Assembly (NCBI GenBank): GCA_963734535.1
Contig: CAVTHS010000002.1
Coordinates: 128,001 to 192,000 of the forward strand
Source: an uncultured Chloroflexia bacterium
GTDB taxonomy: Bacteria; Chloroflexota; Limnocylindria; Limnocylindrales; CSP1-4
Length of the DNA stretch: 64,000 nucleotides
Direction of reading: 5' to 3'
This document shows, piece after piece, positions 36,263-60,178 of this stretch. The notes beneath the pieces are model-generated. The model was not told the DNA's origin. It was given only the letters and a program-made list of their open reading frames with translations, and searched no databases. Numbering within the stretch: position 1 is the stretch's first letter; each line of letters begins with the position of its first letter. The position numbers and the translations under genes are program-made.

Positions 36263-37318
36263 GTGATTCGCATCATTCGGCTCCTCGGCGCAGCCCTCGG
36301 GCTCCTCGTCGGTCTCTCGTTCGTGGCCGGCAATGGGGGACCATTCGGCGATTCGACGTATGCCGGCGCGCTCATCGCGGCCTGGCTGGTCGCCTGGCTC
36401 GTGGTGGGCTTCGCGGTGCTGCCCTACCTGACCGTCGTGCCGGCCGGCTTGCTGATCAACGGCGTCCAGCGGCTGTCGACCGCGGAGTTCGTGACCGCGG
36501 TGCTCGGCCTGCTCCTGGGCCTGGTGATGGGGCTCCTCCTCGGCCTGCCGCTGGCCGCGGTGCCCGCCCCCCTGGGGACGTGGCTGCCGCTGGGCGTCTC
36601 GGTCTTCCTGGGGCTTGGCATGTCCGGCCTGACGGTCGCGAAGCGCAACGACCTGATCCTGGCAACGGAGGCGATCGGGATCTTCCGACGCCCGACGCCC
36701 GAGGACGTGCCGCGGGCGAACGAGCCACAGGTGGCGGTCGACACGAGCGCGATCATCGACGGCCGGATCGCCGACATCGCGGAAGCCGGCTTCCTCCAGG
36801 GGACGCTGGTCGTCTCGCGCGTCGTGCTCGACGAGCTGCAGCGAATCGCCGACAACGCCGATACGCTGCGCCGCAACCGCGGTCGGCGGGGCCTGGAGAT
36901 CCTGTCCCGCCTCCAGAAGGACTCCCGCGTGAACGTCGAGATCGTCGAGGACACGTTTCCCGAGATCAGCGAGGTTGACGCGAAGCTGGTCGCGTTGGCT
37001 CGCTCGCGGAGCGGCGTGATCCTCACGAACGACTTCAACCTGAACCGGGTGGCCGAGATCCAGGGCGTTCGCGTCATGAACGTCAACTCGCTGGCCAATG
37101 CCCTCAAGCCTGCCGTCCTGCCCGGCGAGGATCTCCGGGTTCGCGTGATCCAGGAAGGGAAGGAGGCCGGGCAGGGCGTCGGCTTCCTCGACGACGGGAC
37201 GATGATCGTGGTGGAGGGCGGCGCGCGGCACCTCGACCGCGAGATCGACGTCGGGGTCACGCGCGTGCTCCAGACCGTCGCGGGACGCATGATCTTCGCC
37301 CTGCCCAAGCAGGAGTGA
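36263..37318 (+). CDS. PIN/TRAM domain membrane protein (YacL family)
   Basis: TM segments, DTSAIIDGRI, RGRRGL, TNDFNL, GVGFLDDGTMIVVE, LQTVAGRMIFA. Confidence 0.93.
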   Translation: MIRIIRLLGAALGLLVGLSFVAGNGGPFGDSTYAGALIAAWLVAWLVVGFAVLPYLTVVPAGLLINGVQRLSTAEFVTAVLGLLLGLVMGLLLGLPLAAVPAPLGTWLPLGVSVFLGLGMSGLTVAKRNDLILATEAIGIFRRPTPEDVPRANEPQVAVDTSAIIDGRIADIAEAGFLQGTLVVSRVVLDELQRIADNADTLRRNRGRRGLEILSRLQKDSRVNVEIVEDTFPEISEVDAKLVALARSRSGVILTNDFNLNRVAEIQGVRVMNVNSLANALKPAVLPGEDLRVRVIQEGKEAGQGVGFLDDGTMIVVEGGARHLDREIDVGVTRVLQTVAGRMIFALPKQE

Positions 37319-37363
37319 GCGGTCGCGGCGGCCAGGTCCCGCTGGGTCCGACCCGGCGCCGAC

Positions 37364-38546
37364 GTGATCGTCGTGGCGGCCGGAGCGAGCTCCCGGATGG
37401 GCGGGGTGGACAAGCTCTCCGCCGCGGTCGGCGGACGGCCGTTGCTGGCCTGGACCCTTGACGCCCTTTCGCGCTCGTCGAGCGTGTCGCGGGTGGTCGT
37501 CGTCACCGCGACGGACCGGATCCCCGGGATCGCGGGGGCGTCCTGGCTGCCCGACGCGGTGTGCGCGGTCGTGGCGGGTGGCGCACGGCGGCAGGACTCG
37601 GTTGCCGCCGGTGTCGCCGCGCTGGCGGACGGCCCGGCCGACGGGGTGATCCTGGTTCACGACGGTGCACGCCCGCTCGTGTCGCCGGCCCTGGTCGACG
37701 CGGTCGCCGGGGCCGCCGCCGAGCATGGCGCCGCGATCCCGGTGCTGCCGGTGGTCGATACGCTGAAGCGCGTCGAGCTCGGGCGCGTCACCGGCACCGT
37801 CGAGCGGATGGGCCTCGTCGCCGCGCAGACTCCCCAGGGCGTCCGGCGCGACCTCCTCGCGGCTGCCTATGCGGCCTTCCCGCCCGACGGGCCGGAGACG
37901 TGGACCGACGAGGCCGCCCTGCTCGAGGCCTGTAGAATCCCGGTCCATGCGATCCCCGGCGAATACGGCCAACCTCAAGGTGACCCTGCCCGACGATCTC
38001 CGGCGGGTGGAGAGGGCCCTGGTCGATTCCGGCCGGATCGCGGTCTCGTCTCGCGCACCCGGGGCCGTGCGCGTGGGCATCGGCGACGACGGACACTCCT
38101 TCGGCCCCGGCGCCCCGCTGGCCCTCGGGGGCATCTCCATCGACGGGGCGCCGCGCCTCCACGGCCATTCGGACGGGGACGTGGTGCTCCACGCCGTCTG
38201 CGACGCGCTCCTCGGCGCTGCAGGGCTTGGCGACCTCGGCCGGATCTATCCGCCCGGCCCGGCGACACCCGCCGGGATCGCGAGCGCCGCGCTGCTGACC
38301 GGGTGCCTCGGCCGGGTGCGCGAAGCGGGCCTGGTTCCGCTCTCCGTGGACGTGACGATCGTGGCTGCGCGGCCGCGACTGGCTGCCAGGCTGCCCGGGA
38401 TGCGCGACGCGATCGCGCGCCTGCTCGCGTTGCCGGTCGACCGGGTGAACGTCAAGGCGTCGACGGGGAACCTGGGGGGCTGGGAAGGGGCAGGCCGCGG
38501 CATCTCTGCCCGCGCCGTGGCCGTCGTCGGGGAGGCGCCCGGGTGA
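37364..38546 (+). CDS. ispDF: Bifunctional IspD/IspF, with an apparent indel at ~37960; start may lie slightly upstream
   Basis: AAGASSRMG, GGARRQDSV, HDGARP, AQTPQ. NLKVT..DDL continues in frame into RVGIGDDGH, GHSDGDV, GDLG, VNVKAST. Confidence 0.9.
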
Positions 38547-39962
38547 CGGTTCGGCTCCATGACACCCTGACCGGGGAGCTGCAGGCGCTGGACCCGCTCG
38601 AGGCCGGGCACGTCCGGATCTACTCGTGCGGCCCGACGGTCTACGGACCCGCCCACGTCGGGAACTTCCGTTCGTTCCTCTTCGCGGACGTGCTCGTGCG
38701 CTACCTGCGGTGGCGGGGCTACCGGGTCACGTGGGTCATGAACCTGACGGACGTGGACGACAAGATCATCCGGGGCGCGGCGTCCGAGGGAATCGGCATC
38801 GAGGCGCTCGCGGCCCGCCACATCGAGGGGTTCCTCGCCGACGCGGCGACGCTCCGGATGACAACCCCGGACGAGTTGCCGCGGGCGACCGCCCACATCC
38901 CGCAGATGGTCGACGCTGGTCGAGACGCTCCTCGAGCGGGGCCACGCGTACCGGACCGACGACGGCTCCGTCTTCTTCCGAATCGCCTCGTGGCCGGCCT
39001 ATGGGCGCCTGGCGCGGCTTGATCCGGACGCGATGCGGGTCGGCGAGCGGGTGGCCGCCGACGAGTACTCGAAGGACGATGCGCGTGACTTCGTCCTCTG
39101 GAAGGCGGCAAAGCCCGGCGAGCCCAGCTGGGACACGGCCGTCGGGTCGGGGCGGCCCGGCTGGCACCTCGAGTGCTCGGCGATGAGCATGGCCTACCTG
39201 GGCAGCTCGTTCGACATCCATACCGGCGGCGTGGACCTCGTCTTCCCGCACCACGAGGACGAGATCGCCCAGTCGGAGGCCGCCACCGGCGTGCCGTTCG
39301 TGCGGACCTGGCTCCACTGCGCCCATCTCCAGATGGGTGGTCGCAAGATGGCCAAGTCGGAGGGCAACATCGCCGGCGTCTCCGAGCTCCTGGCGAGCGG
39401 CCTGGAGCCCCGCGCGCTGCGGTACTCGCTCATCGCGGCCCACTACCGCACGGGCCTCAGCTTCAGCGACGAATCGACCGGCGCCGCGGCCGCGGCGGTC
39501 GCCCGCCTGGACGCGTTCGTCGCCGCCCTTGCGGACGTATGCCGCACGATGTGCCCGACGACCCGGGTCTCCCGCCCGTGATCGGGGCGGCCCGGGAGGC
39601 ATTCGCGGCCGCGATGGACGACGACCTCGGGATATCGGCCGCCCTCGCGGCCGTCTTCGAGCTCGTCCGCGACGTGAACCGGCGGATCGCGACCCGGACC
39701 ATCTCCACGGCCGACGCCCGGCGCGCCCTTGACGCGCTGCGCGATCTCGACCGGGTTCTCGGCGTGCTGCCAGATGCCGGAGAGCCCGCGCTCGAGGCCG
39801 ATCTCGCCGAGCTGCTCGACCTCCGCGCGACCGCGCGCGCCGCCCGTGACTGGGCCGCCTCGGATCGCCTGCGGGACGAGCTGGCCGCCCGGGGGATCGC
39901 CGTGGAGGACTCGACGGGACGGGCAGCGCTGGCGTCGCATCGGGCTGCCGTCGGGTGCCTGA
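38543..39962 (+). CDS. cysS: Cysteine--tRNA ligase, with apparent indels at ~38913, ~39540 and ~39914
   Basis: CGPTVY, HVGNFR, TDVDDKII, DFVLWK, GRPGWHLECS, FPHHEDE, KMAKS, SDRLRDEL. Confidence 0.93.
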
Positions 39963-41400
39963 GCCGCCGGACCCGCGTCGACCCCGGGGCGACGACGGGC
40001 CGCCCTGGCGCAAGGAAGGGCGTCACGATCGATCCCGGTGGCCCGGCGGGGGCGGTCCCGCGGGCCGACCCCCGGCCGGTCGCGGTGAACCGGGCCGGAT
40101 CGGGGGACCCGGCCGGACCGGTGAAGCCCGCCGGACCAACGGACCTGGCCGACCGGGCGGCAGCGACGGATCGAGCAGACCCGGCGGCAGCGGCGAAGGG
40201 ACCGAACCGGGCCGGACCGCGCCTGCCGGTCGTCCGGGAGTCGGCGACGGACATGCCCGGCGAGGCCCCGAGCGCGAGTGGCAGGACCGCCCGGGGTTCG
40301 GCGGGCCCTCCCGCCCCGGGTTCCGTCCGCCGGCCCGCCCCGGGTTCGGCGCGCCGTCCGCCCGGGTTCGGGCGCCGTCCCGCCCGGAGCGGCCGGCCCA
40401 TGGGCACCTGCCCGCCGAAGGTGACGCGACGCAGGCGGGTCAGCCCGGCCCGGCGTCGAGTCACGTTCCGCGCCCGGCGTTCACGCCCGGTCCCCGGGTC
40501 GGTGCTCGACCGCCGCGAGCGTTCGATGGCGCCCGGCCCTGGCCCGCGGTCCGGGGAGCCCAGCGTCCCTCCGGGGCGGCGCTCGTCATGGCGGACGACG
40601 AGGAGCTCGTGGCCGGGCGGCGCCCGGTGGAGGAAGCGTTCGTGGCCGGCCGTGCCGCCCGCCGCCTGCTCGTCACGCCCCAACGGCGCGACGCGCTCGA
40701 ACGGCTGGTGCTCCACGCGACCGCCTTGCGGATCCCGATCGTGGAGGTCGAGGGTGGCACCCTGACCGCGACCGCCGGCTTCGATGGGCACCAGGGCGTG
40801 GCCCTCGTGGTGGAGGCCCGACGTTTCGCGGCCCCGGACGAGATCCTCGCCCGCGCGATCGGGCGCGACGCCGCGCCGTTCGTCCTCGCCCTCGACTCCC
40901 TCGAGGATCCGCAGAATCTCGGCTCGCTGCTGCGGAGCGCCGAGGCGGCCGGCGTCGACGGCGTGCTGTTCCCGACGCGCCGCCAGGCTCCGCTCAGCCC
41001 GGCTGCGGTCAAGGCGTCCGCGGGTGCCACCGAGCACCTGCTCCTCGCGCCGGTCGACGACCTGGCGGCCGCGCTCGCGGGGCTCCACCTGCGGGGGCTC
41101 CGGATCGTGGGCGCAGACGCGGATGCCGCCCTGACCTACCGCGAGGCGGACCTTCGCGGCCCGCTCGTGCTGGTCGTGGGCAGCGAGGGACGCGGTCTCG
41201 CGCCGCCGATCCGGCGTCGCTGCGACCTTCTCATCCGGATCCCGATGCGCGGCCGGATCGCCTCGCTGAATGCCGCGGTGGCAGGCTCGATCCTCGTCTT
41301 CGAGGCGGCCATGCAGCGCGGCGGGCCGGAGGCACTGCCCGTGTCCGGCCCCGCGGCCGCCGGCGGTGTGCCCGCAGCCCGGCCCGGCGGACGTCGGTGA
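39955..41400 (+). CDS. rlmB: 23S rRNA Gm2251 methyltransferase (TrmH/SpoU family) with a low-complexity N-terminal extension
   Basis: GRRPVEEA, HQGVAL, EDPQNLGSLLRSA, GSEGRGL, IPMRGRIASLNAAVA. The core begins ~40588 and the start is uncertain. Confidence 0.85.
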   Translation: MPEPPDPRRPRGDDGPPWRKEGRHDRSRWPGGGGPAGRPPAGRGEPGRIGGPGRTGEARRTNGPGRPGGSDGSSRPGGSGEGTEPGRTAPAGRPGVGDGHARRGPEREWQDRPGFGGPSRPGFRPPARPGFGAPSARVRAPSRPERPAHGHLPAEGDATQAGQPGPASSHVPRPAFTPGPRVGARPPRAFDGARPWPAVRGAQRPSGAALVMADDEELVAGRRPVEEAFVAGRAARRLLVTPQRRDALERLVLHATALRIPIVEVEGGTLTATAGFDGHQGVALVVEARRFAAPDEILARAIGRDAAPFVLALDSLEDPQNLGSLLRSAEAAGVDGVLFPTRRQAPLSPAAVKASAGATEHLLLAPVDDLAAALAGLHLRGLRIVGADADAALTYREADLRGPLVLVVGSEGRGLAPPIRRRCDLLIRIPMRGRIASLNAAVAGSILVFEAAMQRGGPEALPVSGPAAAGGVPAARPGGRR

Positions 41401-41587
41401 CGCGCAACCCGGGGTGGTCGATCCGGGCGCCGCCGCGCTCCCCTGGGACGCTCCGCCCTCCGCTCCGCCCGACGACGCGATGCCCGGCTGACCGCTGCCC
41501 GTGGAGGCCACGCTTGACCGCGATCGTGGCCGCCGCCTATGATGGCCGCCGCGCCTCGGAGACGACTGCGGTGTTCTCCTGCGCCTT

Positions 41588-41663
41588 GCCGACGTAGCTC
41601 AATTGGTAGAGCAGCGGTTTTGTAAACCGCCGGTTCCGGGTTCGAGTCCCGTCGTCGGCTCCA
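41588..41663 (+). tRNA. tRNA-Thr(TGT)
   Basis: GCGGT-TTTGTAA-ACCGC, CCA. Confidence 0.96.
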
Positions 41664-41726
41664 ATTGAAGACGTCGGCCGGGCGCACCACGGAGCCGCAG
41701 CTCCCGTTCGACCGCGCGGTTCCGGT

Positions 41727-41811
41727 GGGTAGGTTGAGCAGGTGGTGAGCTCAGCTGACTGTAAATCAGCCGTCAACGACTGTAGAGGTTCGATTCCTCT
41801 CCTGCCCACCA
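41727..41811 (+). tRNA. tRNA-Tyr(GTA)
   Basis: GCTGA-CTGTAAA-TCAGC, variable arm, CCA. Confidence 0.94.
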
Positions 41812-41835
41812 TCAACCCCGCGACTCCGGTCCGGG

Positions 41836-41911
<76 letters not shown>

Positions 41912-41956
41912 GCAACCTTGTTTGGCCCCGTCCATAGGTAGCAGGTAGACGCGCAC

Positions 41957-43153
<1,197 letters not shown>

Positions 43154-43157
43154 CCCG

Positions 43158-43325
43158 ATGCCGAAAGCAGCCGATCACCGGCCGATTGTTCAGCTCGCCT
43201 GTACCGAGTGCAAGGAGCGGACGTACACCACGCGCAAGAACAAGAGGAACGATCCCAACCGGATCGAGCTTCGGAAGTACTGCCCGCGGGACCGCCGCCA
43301 CACCCTGCATCGCGAGGCGAAGTAG
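43158..43325 (+). CDS. rpmG: Ribosomal protein L33 (not in the ORF track)
   Basis: [55 protein letters not shown]. Confidence 0.95.
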   Translation: MPKAADHRPIVQLACTECKERTYTTRKNKRNDPNRIELRKYCPRDRRHTLHREAK

Positions 43326-43338
43326 CAGGGGGATCCAC

Positions 43339-43414
43339 AGGGGCGTAGCTCAATTGGCAGAGCACCGGTCTCCAAAACCGGTGGTTGTAGGTTCGAGTCC
43401 TATCGCCCCTGCCA
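43339..43414 (+). tRNA. tRNA-Trp(CCA)
   Basis: CCGGT-CTCCAAA-ACCGG, between rpmG and secE. Confidence 0.96.
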
Positions 43415-43455
43415 GCCTTTCGACCCCACCTACCAGGGAAGTGCAGTAGCCCATC

Positions 43456-43644
43456 GTGCGACGCATCCGTCGGTTCATCGATGAATCGTGGTCCGAACTC
43501 AAGAAGGTCTCCTGGCCCACGCGCGACCAGGTCCGCAACCTGACCGTGCTCGTCTTCGCGGTGAGCGCGGCGATCGGCCTGTTCATCGCGGCCTGGGACT
43601 TCGTGTTCACCGAAGCGGTCCGGCTCATCACGCCGGCGGCATAG
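43456..43644 (+). CDS. secE: Preprotein translocase SecE
   Basis: ELKKVSWPT plus one TM helix. Confidence 0.93.
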   Translation: MRRIRRFIDESWSELKKVSWPTRDQVRNLTVLVFAVSAAIGLFIAAWDFVFTEAVRLITPAA

Positions 43645-43654
43645 GGGGACGCTG

Positions 43655-44218
43655 ATGACCGAGATGGTCCGGGCCCCCGAGAAGCGCTGGTTCGTGATTC
43701 ACACGTACTCGGGCTATGAGAACAAGGTCAAGGCGAACCTCGAGCACCGCATCGAGTCGATGGGCATGGAGGACAAGATCTTCCAGGTGCTCGTCCCGAT
43801 GGAGGACGAGATCGAGATCAAGCAGGGCCAGCGGCACACCGTCCAGAAGAAGGTGTTCCCCGGCTACGTCCTCGTGGAGATGATCTACGACCCCGAGTCC
43901 TGGTACGTCGTCCGGAACACGCCGGGCGTCACGAGCTTCGTCGGCACCGGGAACATCCCGGGCAGCCGCAGCGAGCCGATCCCGCTCGAGGAGCACGAGG
44001 TCAAGCAGATCCTGCGCCAGATGGGCGTGGAGACGCCGAAGTACCGCGTCGCGTTCACCAAGGGCCAGAGCGTCCGGGTGACCGACGGGCCGTTCGCCGA
44101 GTTCGTCGGCACGGTCGACGAGGTCGACCCGGAACGCAACAAGGTCAAGGTCCTCGTCAGCATCTTCGGCCGCGAGACCCCCGTCGAGCTCGACCTTCTC
44201 CAGGTCGAGAAGCTCTGA
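43655..44218 (+). CDS. nusG: Transcription factor NusG
   Basis: [40 protein letters not shown]. Confidence 0.97.
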   Translation: MTEMVRAPEKRWFVIHTYSGYENKVKANLEHRIESMGMEDKIFQVLVPMEDEIEIKQGQRHTVQKKVFPGYVLVEMIYDPESWYVVRNTPGVTSFVGTGNIPGSRSEPIPLEEHEVKQILRQMGVETPKYRVAFTKGQSVRVTDGPFAEFVGTVDEVDPERNKVKVLVSIFGRETPVELDLLQVEKL

Positions 44219-44239
44219 TCGAAAGGAACATCGGCCACC

Positions 44240-44665
44240 GTGGCGAAGAAGATCCGAATCGTCCTGACCCTCCAGCTGCCGGCCGGCAAGGCCACCCCGG
44301 CGCCGCCCGTCGGCACCGCGCTGGGCCCCCACGGCATCAACATCATCGAGTTCACCAAGAGCTATAACGAGAAGACCGCCGACAAGGCGGGCCAGATCAT
44401 CCCGGCCCAGATCACGGTCTTCGAGGACCGCTCCTTCACCTTCATCCTGAAGACGCCGCCGGCCGCCGACCTGCTCCGCAAGGCAGCCGGCATCGACAAG
44501 GGCGCCGCGACCACGAGCCGCGAGACCGCCGGGCGCGTGACCCGCGACCAGGTCCGCGAGATCGCCGGCCAGAAGCTCGCCGACCTCAACGCGAACGACA
44601 TCGAGGCCGCCATGCGGCAGGTCGAGGGGACGGCGCGGAGCATGGGCATCGAGGTCGTCGGCTAG
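44240..44665 (+). CDS. rplK: Ribosomal protein L11
   Basis: [22 protein letters not shown]. Confidence 0.98.
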   Translation: MAKKIRIVLTLQLPAGKATPAPPVGTALGPHGINIIEFTKSYNEKTADKAGQIIPAQITVFEDRSFTFILKTPPAADLLRKAAGIDKGAATTSRETAGRVTRDQVREIAGQKLADLNANDIEAAMRQVEGTARSMGIEVVG

Positions 44666-44787
44666 CGCCGGCAACCGAGGTCGTCGGCGAGCCCGACGAC
44701 GACGCGTTCCGGCCGCGCTCGAGCCGGACGAGGACCCCGCGTCACGGGGGAGGCCGGAACGCCGGCCGCCAGCACGAGGAGCCAGGC

Positions 44788-45498
44788 ATGGCCCAGCACG
44801 GCAAGAAGTATCGCGAGGCATTCGGCCTGATCGACCGGACCCGGGCCTACCCGCCCGCCGAGGCGGTCGACCTGGTCAAGCAGACCTCGATCGTCAACTT
44901 CGATCCCTCGGTGGAGGCGCACCTCCGCCTCGGCGTCGACCCGCGCCACGCCGACCAGATGGTCCGCGGCACGGTCGTCCTCCCCCACGGGACCGGCAAG
45001 GTCGTCCGCGTGGCCGTCTTCGCCCAGGGCGAGAAGGCCCAGGAAGCGCTTCGCGCCGGCGCGGACGAGGTGGGCGGCGAGGACCTCGTCAAGAAGATCG
45101 AGGGTGGCTGGCTCGAGTTCGACGTCGCGGTCGCGACGCCGGACATGATGGGGATGGTCGGCAAGCTGGGCCGCATCCTCGGCCGGCGCGGCCTCATGCC
45201 GAACCCCAAGGCGGGCACGGTCACGTTCGACGTGGAGCGGGCGATCAACGAGGTGAAGGCCGGTCGGGTCGAGTACAAGGTCGACAAGTCCGGGATCATC
45301 CACGTGCCCGTGGGCAAGGCCAGCTTCGAGGCGGCCGCGCTGGTCGCGAACCTGGCCGTCCTCCTGGACGCGATCAACCGGGCGAAGCCGGCGGGGGCGA
45401 AGGGAACCTACCTCAAGGGTCTCACGATCGCCAGCACCATGAGCCCTGGCGTCCGCGTGGACCTGCCGGGCCTGCTCGCGGTCGCCAACGCCGCCTGA
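44788..45498 (+). CDS. rplA: Ribosomal protein L1
   Basis: [26 protein letters not shown]. Confidence 0.98.
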   Translation: MAQHGKKYREAFGLIDRTRAYPPAEAVDLVKQTSIVNFDPSVEAHLRLGVDPRHADQMVRGTVVLPHGTGKVVRVAVFAQGEKAQEALRAGADEVGGEDLVKKIEGGWLEFDVAVATPDMMGMVGKLGRILGRRGLMPNPKAGTVTFDVERAINEVKAGRVEYKVDKSGIIHVPVGKASFEAAALVANLAVLLDAINRAKPAGAKGTYLKGLTIASTMSPGVRVDLPGLLAVANAA

Positions 45499-45589
45499 GC
45501 GCCACCTCATCGCCGGCGCACGTCGCGCCGGCAGGCTGTACCATCACACGCCGCGGCGCCCGAGAGGCGCGTCGCACAGCACACAGACG

Positions 45590-45730
45590 GACCGCCGCAG
45601 ACAGCCTGCGCCCGCGGACCGGAGCCCGATCACTCGGGAGGCCGGTCGGGGCTTGATCCGTCGGACCGGATCGGACGCCCGCAGCATCGGGCAGCCGGGG
45701 ACGCCGACGAGCACGCCGAGGCAGGTCTCC
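45590..45730 (+). promoter_or_regulatory. Candidate L10 autoregulatory leader
   Basis: 360-nt structured rplA-rplJ gap containing CCGCAGACAGC...CCGAGG, resembling the L10 leader. -10-like TACCAT at 45539. Confidence 0.4.
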
Positions 45731-45859
45731 GACCGCGAGCCCTCACCCGGAGGCCCCGCTGCGGACCCTGCAGGACGCGAGGAAGCACCGTCAGGCAGGG
45801 GATCCCGCCGGGTGGATCCGCCGGGCGCGCCGGACGCGCGCAGCGCAGCAGAGGGCCCT

Positions 45860-46387
45860 ATGCCGACCGACGCGAAGCGCGCCACCGTGGCCGAGCTCCG
45901 GGGCGACCTGTCCCGCAGCACCACGCTCGTCACCACCGAGTACCGCGGGCTCACCGTGAAGGAACTCGGCGAGATCCGGCGGGCGCTTCGAAAGCAGCAC
46001 GTCACCTACCGGGTCGTCAAGAATCGCCTCATGCGGATCGCCGCGGAGCAGGAGGGGAACCCGGGCATCGGCCCGCTCCTCCGCGGCCCCTCGGCCATCG
46101 CCTTCGGGAGCGGCGACGAGGCGCTCGTCGCACGGACCGTCCTCGAGGCCGTCCGCCCCTACAAGCTCGTCAAGGTCACCGGCGGCGTCGTCGGCGGGAA
46201 GTCCTACGACCTCGCGGGCGTGACCAGGCTTGCGACCCTCCCGCCCCGCGAGATCCTTCTCGCCCAGCTCGGCGGCGCGTTCAGCGCACCGGCCACGCAG
46301 GTCGCCGGGCTCATGGCCGCGAACCTGCGAAACCTCGGCAATGCGCTGACCCAGCTGCAGGAGCAGCTGGCGCAGGCCGTGGCCTAG
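45860..46387 (+). CDS. rplJ: Ribosomal protein L10
   Basis: [28 protein letters not shown]. Confidence 0.96.
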   Translation: MPTDAKRATVAELRGDLSRSTTLVTTEYRGLTVKELGEIRRALRKQHVTYRVVKNRLMRIAAEQEGNPGIGPLLRGPSAIAFGSGDEALVARTVLEAVRPYKLVKVTGGVVGGKSYDLAGVTRLATLPPREILLAQLGGAFSAPATQVAGLMAANLRNLGNALTQLQEQLAQAVA

Positions 46388-46457
46388 GCGCCACCGAACA
46401 GGAACCCAACGCGCCCGCCAGCCGCGGGCGACGCGACTTCAAGGAGACATGAACGCA

Positions 46458-46844
46458 ATGGCCACGCTTACCCACGACGAGCTGCTCGACCAGATCGGCG
46501 CGATGACCCTCGTCGAGGTTGCCGATTTCATCAAGAAGTTCGAGGCGAAGTTCGGCGTCACCGCCGCCGCTCCGGTCTCGGCGGCCGCCGCGCCGTCCGC
46601 CGCCGCCGCCCCCGTCGAGGCGGTCGAGGAGCAGACGGAGTTCACGGCGATCCTCGCCGAGATCGGCCCCAACAAGATTCCCGTCATCAAGGTCGTGCGC
46701 GAGCTCACCGGCCTTGGCCTCAAGGAGGCCAAGGACCTCGTCGACCAGTCGCCGAAGCCCGTCAAGGAAGGCGTCGCCCGCGACGAGGCAGAGAAGATCA
46801 AGGCGGCCCTCGAGGCGCAGGGCGCAAAGGTCGAGATCAAGTAG
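46458..46844 (+). CDS. rplL: Ribosomal protein L7/L12
   Basis: [30 protein letters not shown] spacing favours the ATG at 46458. Confidence 0.97.
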   Translation: MATLTHDELLDQIGAMTLVEVADFIKKFEAKFGVTAAAPVSAAAAPSAAAAPVEAVEEQTEFTAILAEIGPNKIPVIKVVRELTGLGLKEAKDLVDQSPKPVKEGVARDEAEKIKAALEAQGAKVEIK

Positions 46845-46952
46845 CTGCCGACCGCCACGCTGGGAGTGCCGGCAGCACCTCGCCGTCCGGCCGACCCACT
46901 CGCCGCCACGCCGGGATGGTGCACGGGCGCCACCCGGCGTTCGCGTGCGCGC

Positions 46953-46980
46953 TTGACAACTTCTGCGTGAGCGATACAAT
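46953..46980 (+). promoter_or_regulatory. rpoBC promoter
   Basis: TTGACA-16-TACAAT. Confidence 0.75.
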
Positions 46981-47039
46981 TTCCAATTCCGTGAGCGCGG
47001 CCCTCTTTCCTTTCTCCCTCCTCCGTCAAGGAGCGGTTC

Positions 47040-50528
<3,489 letters not shown>

Positions 50529-50604
50529 CCCCAGCCTTCACATCGCGGGGCCGGCGCTCGGCCGGCCCGGCCCCGCTCGCACCCGGTCCGTATCGCGCCG
50601 CTGA

Positions 50605-55223
<4,619 letters not shown>

Positions 55224-55275
55224 CCCAGCGCCGGCGGGCCGCGCCCGCCGGCGACATCCCGCGAGGCGGCGGCCT

Positions 55276-55305
55276 TTGACACGTCCGCTGCCTCACTGCT
55301 AAACT
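55276..55305 (+). promoter_or_regulatory. str operon promoter
   Basis: TTGACA-18-TAAACT with a TG extension. Confidence 0.65.
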
Positions 55306-55457
55306 CCGCCTTCGCGGCTACGACCGGTCGGTCGTCTCCGCGTGCTCCGCCCCGCGTTCACCGCGTCGGGCGGCGAGCGGCCCGCATTGCTGCCCGGGAC
55401 ACACCCGGGTGACGGGGCCGCCGGACCAGCAGACCACGAGAAAGGAACAGCGTCTCC

Positions 55458-55892
55458 GTGCCGACGATCAGCCAGCTCGTGCGCCACGGCCGGAAGCCGA
55501 AGATCTCGAAGGTCAAGGCCCCGGCGATGCGCAAGATCTGGAACAGCCTTGACCAGCGCCAGATGCCGATCCCGGGTGCCCCCCAGAAGCGCGGCGTCTG
55601 CCTGCAGGTCCGCACGATGACGCCGAAGAAGCCGAACTCGGCCCTCCGCAAGATCGCCCGTGTCCGGCTCACCAACCAGATGGAGGTCACGGCCTACATC
55701 CCGGGGATCGGCCACAACCTCCAGGAGCACTCCGTCGTGCTGGTCCGGGGCGGCCGCGTGAAGGACCTCCCGTCCGTGAAGTACCACATCATCCGCGGTG
55801 CGCTCGACACAGCCGGCGTCCGCGACCGCAAGCAGGGCCGCTCGAAGTACGGCGCGAAAGCGACCGCCAGCCTGCCCGGCCAGAAGAAGTAG
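55458..55892 (+). CDS. rpsL: Ribosomal protein S12
   Basis: [25 protein letters not shown]. Confidence 0.98.
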   Translation: MPTISQLVRHGRKPKISKVKAPAMRKIWNSLDQRQMPIPGAPQKRGVCLQVRTMTPKKPNSALRKIARVRLTNQMEVTAYIPGIGHNLQEHSVVLVRGGRVKDLPSVKYHIIRGALDTAGVRDRKQGRSKYGAKATASLPGQKK

Positions 55893-55897
55893 GGACC

Positions 55898-56365
55898 ATG
55901 CCGCGTCGCGCCAGCATTCCCCGCAAGTCGAAGTACGAGACCATCCCGGCGAACCGGACGACCGCCCGCATCTCCGCGAAGCTGATGATGGACGGCAAGA
56001 AGATCCTCTCGAACCGGATCCTTCGCCAGGCTCTCGCGCGCGCCGAGGCGCAGGCGAAGCGGCCCGGCCTCGAGGTGCTCGAGACCGCCCTTCGAAACGC
56101 GACCCCGATCATCGAGGTCAAGCCGCGACGCGTCGGCGGCGCCACCTACCAGGTCCCGGTCGAGATCCGCGGCGATCGCCGCCTTTCGCTCGGCGTTCGC
56201 TGGCTGGTGCAGGCCGCCCGGAAGCGCAACGGCAAGAGCATGAGCGAGAAGCTCGCCTCCGAGTTCGTGGATGCCTCAAACGGGATCGGCGCCGCCGTCA
56301 AGCGGCGCGAGGACACCCACAAGATGGCCGATGCCAACAAGGCATTCAGCCACTTCAAGTGGTAG
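55898..56365 (+). CDS. rpsG: Ribosomal protein S7
   Basis: [23 protein letters not shown]. Confidence 0.97.
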   Translation: MPRRASIPRKSKYETIPANRTTARISAKLMMDGKKILSNRILRQALARAEAQAKRPGLEVLETALRNATPIIEVKPRRVGGATYQVPVEIRGDRRLSLGVRWLVQAARKRNGKSMSEKLASEFVDASNGIGAAVKRREDTHKMADANKAFSHFKW

Positions 56366-56381
56366 ACCGGAGACCCTGACC

Positions 56382-58457
<2,076 letters not shown>

Positions 58458-58529
58458 CAGAGGCGGAGGTCCGAGGCGGGTCCAGGCGGGCCCGGCGCGG
58501 CGACGTGGAGCCAGGGAGCGCGAACAGCG

Positions 58530-59726
<1,197 letters not shown>

Positions 59727-59730
59727 CCCG

Positions 59731-60039
59731 ATGCCGAAGCAGCGGATCCGGATCCGCCTCAAGGCCTACGACCACCGCCTGCTTGACCAGTCCGCGGCCC
59801 AGATCGTCGAGACCGCTCAGCGGACCGGCGCCGACGTGGTCGGCCCGGTCCCGCTCCCGACCCGGATCGAGAAGTTCACCGTGCTCCGCTCGCCGTTCAT
59901 CGACAAGGACAGCCGGGAGCAGTTCGAGATCCGCACGCACAAGCGACTCGTGGACATCCTCGACCCGTCGGCCAAGACGGTCGACGCCCTGATGCGCCTC
60001 TCGCTGGCGGCGGGTGTCGACATCGAGATCAAGATGTGA
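59731..60039 (+). CDS. rpsJ: Ribosomal protein S10
   Basis: [23 protein letters not shown]. Confidence 0.98.
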   Translation: MPKQRIRIRLKAYDHRLLDQSAAQIVETAQRTGADVVGPVPLPTRIEKFTVLRSPFIDKDSREQFEIRTHKRLVDILDPSAKTVDALMRLSLAAGVDIEIKM

Positions 60040-60178
60040 TGAAGTCTCACTCGCTCACCCGACACTTGGCCGCGTTGTCGCCTGCGCGCGGTCGCTCACG
60101 CACCGCACGTGCGCTCGCTCCCGTGCTCGGCTCCGCCTTGCCCTGGGCGCGGCTGAGCGGTGAGACAGGTACCGTGCG

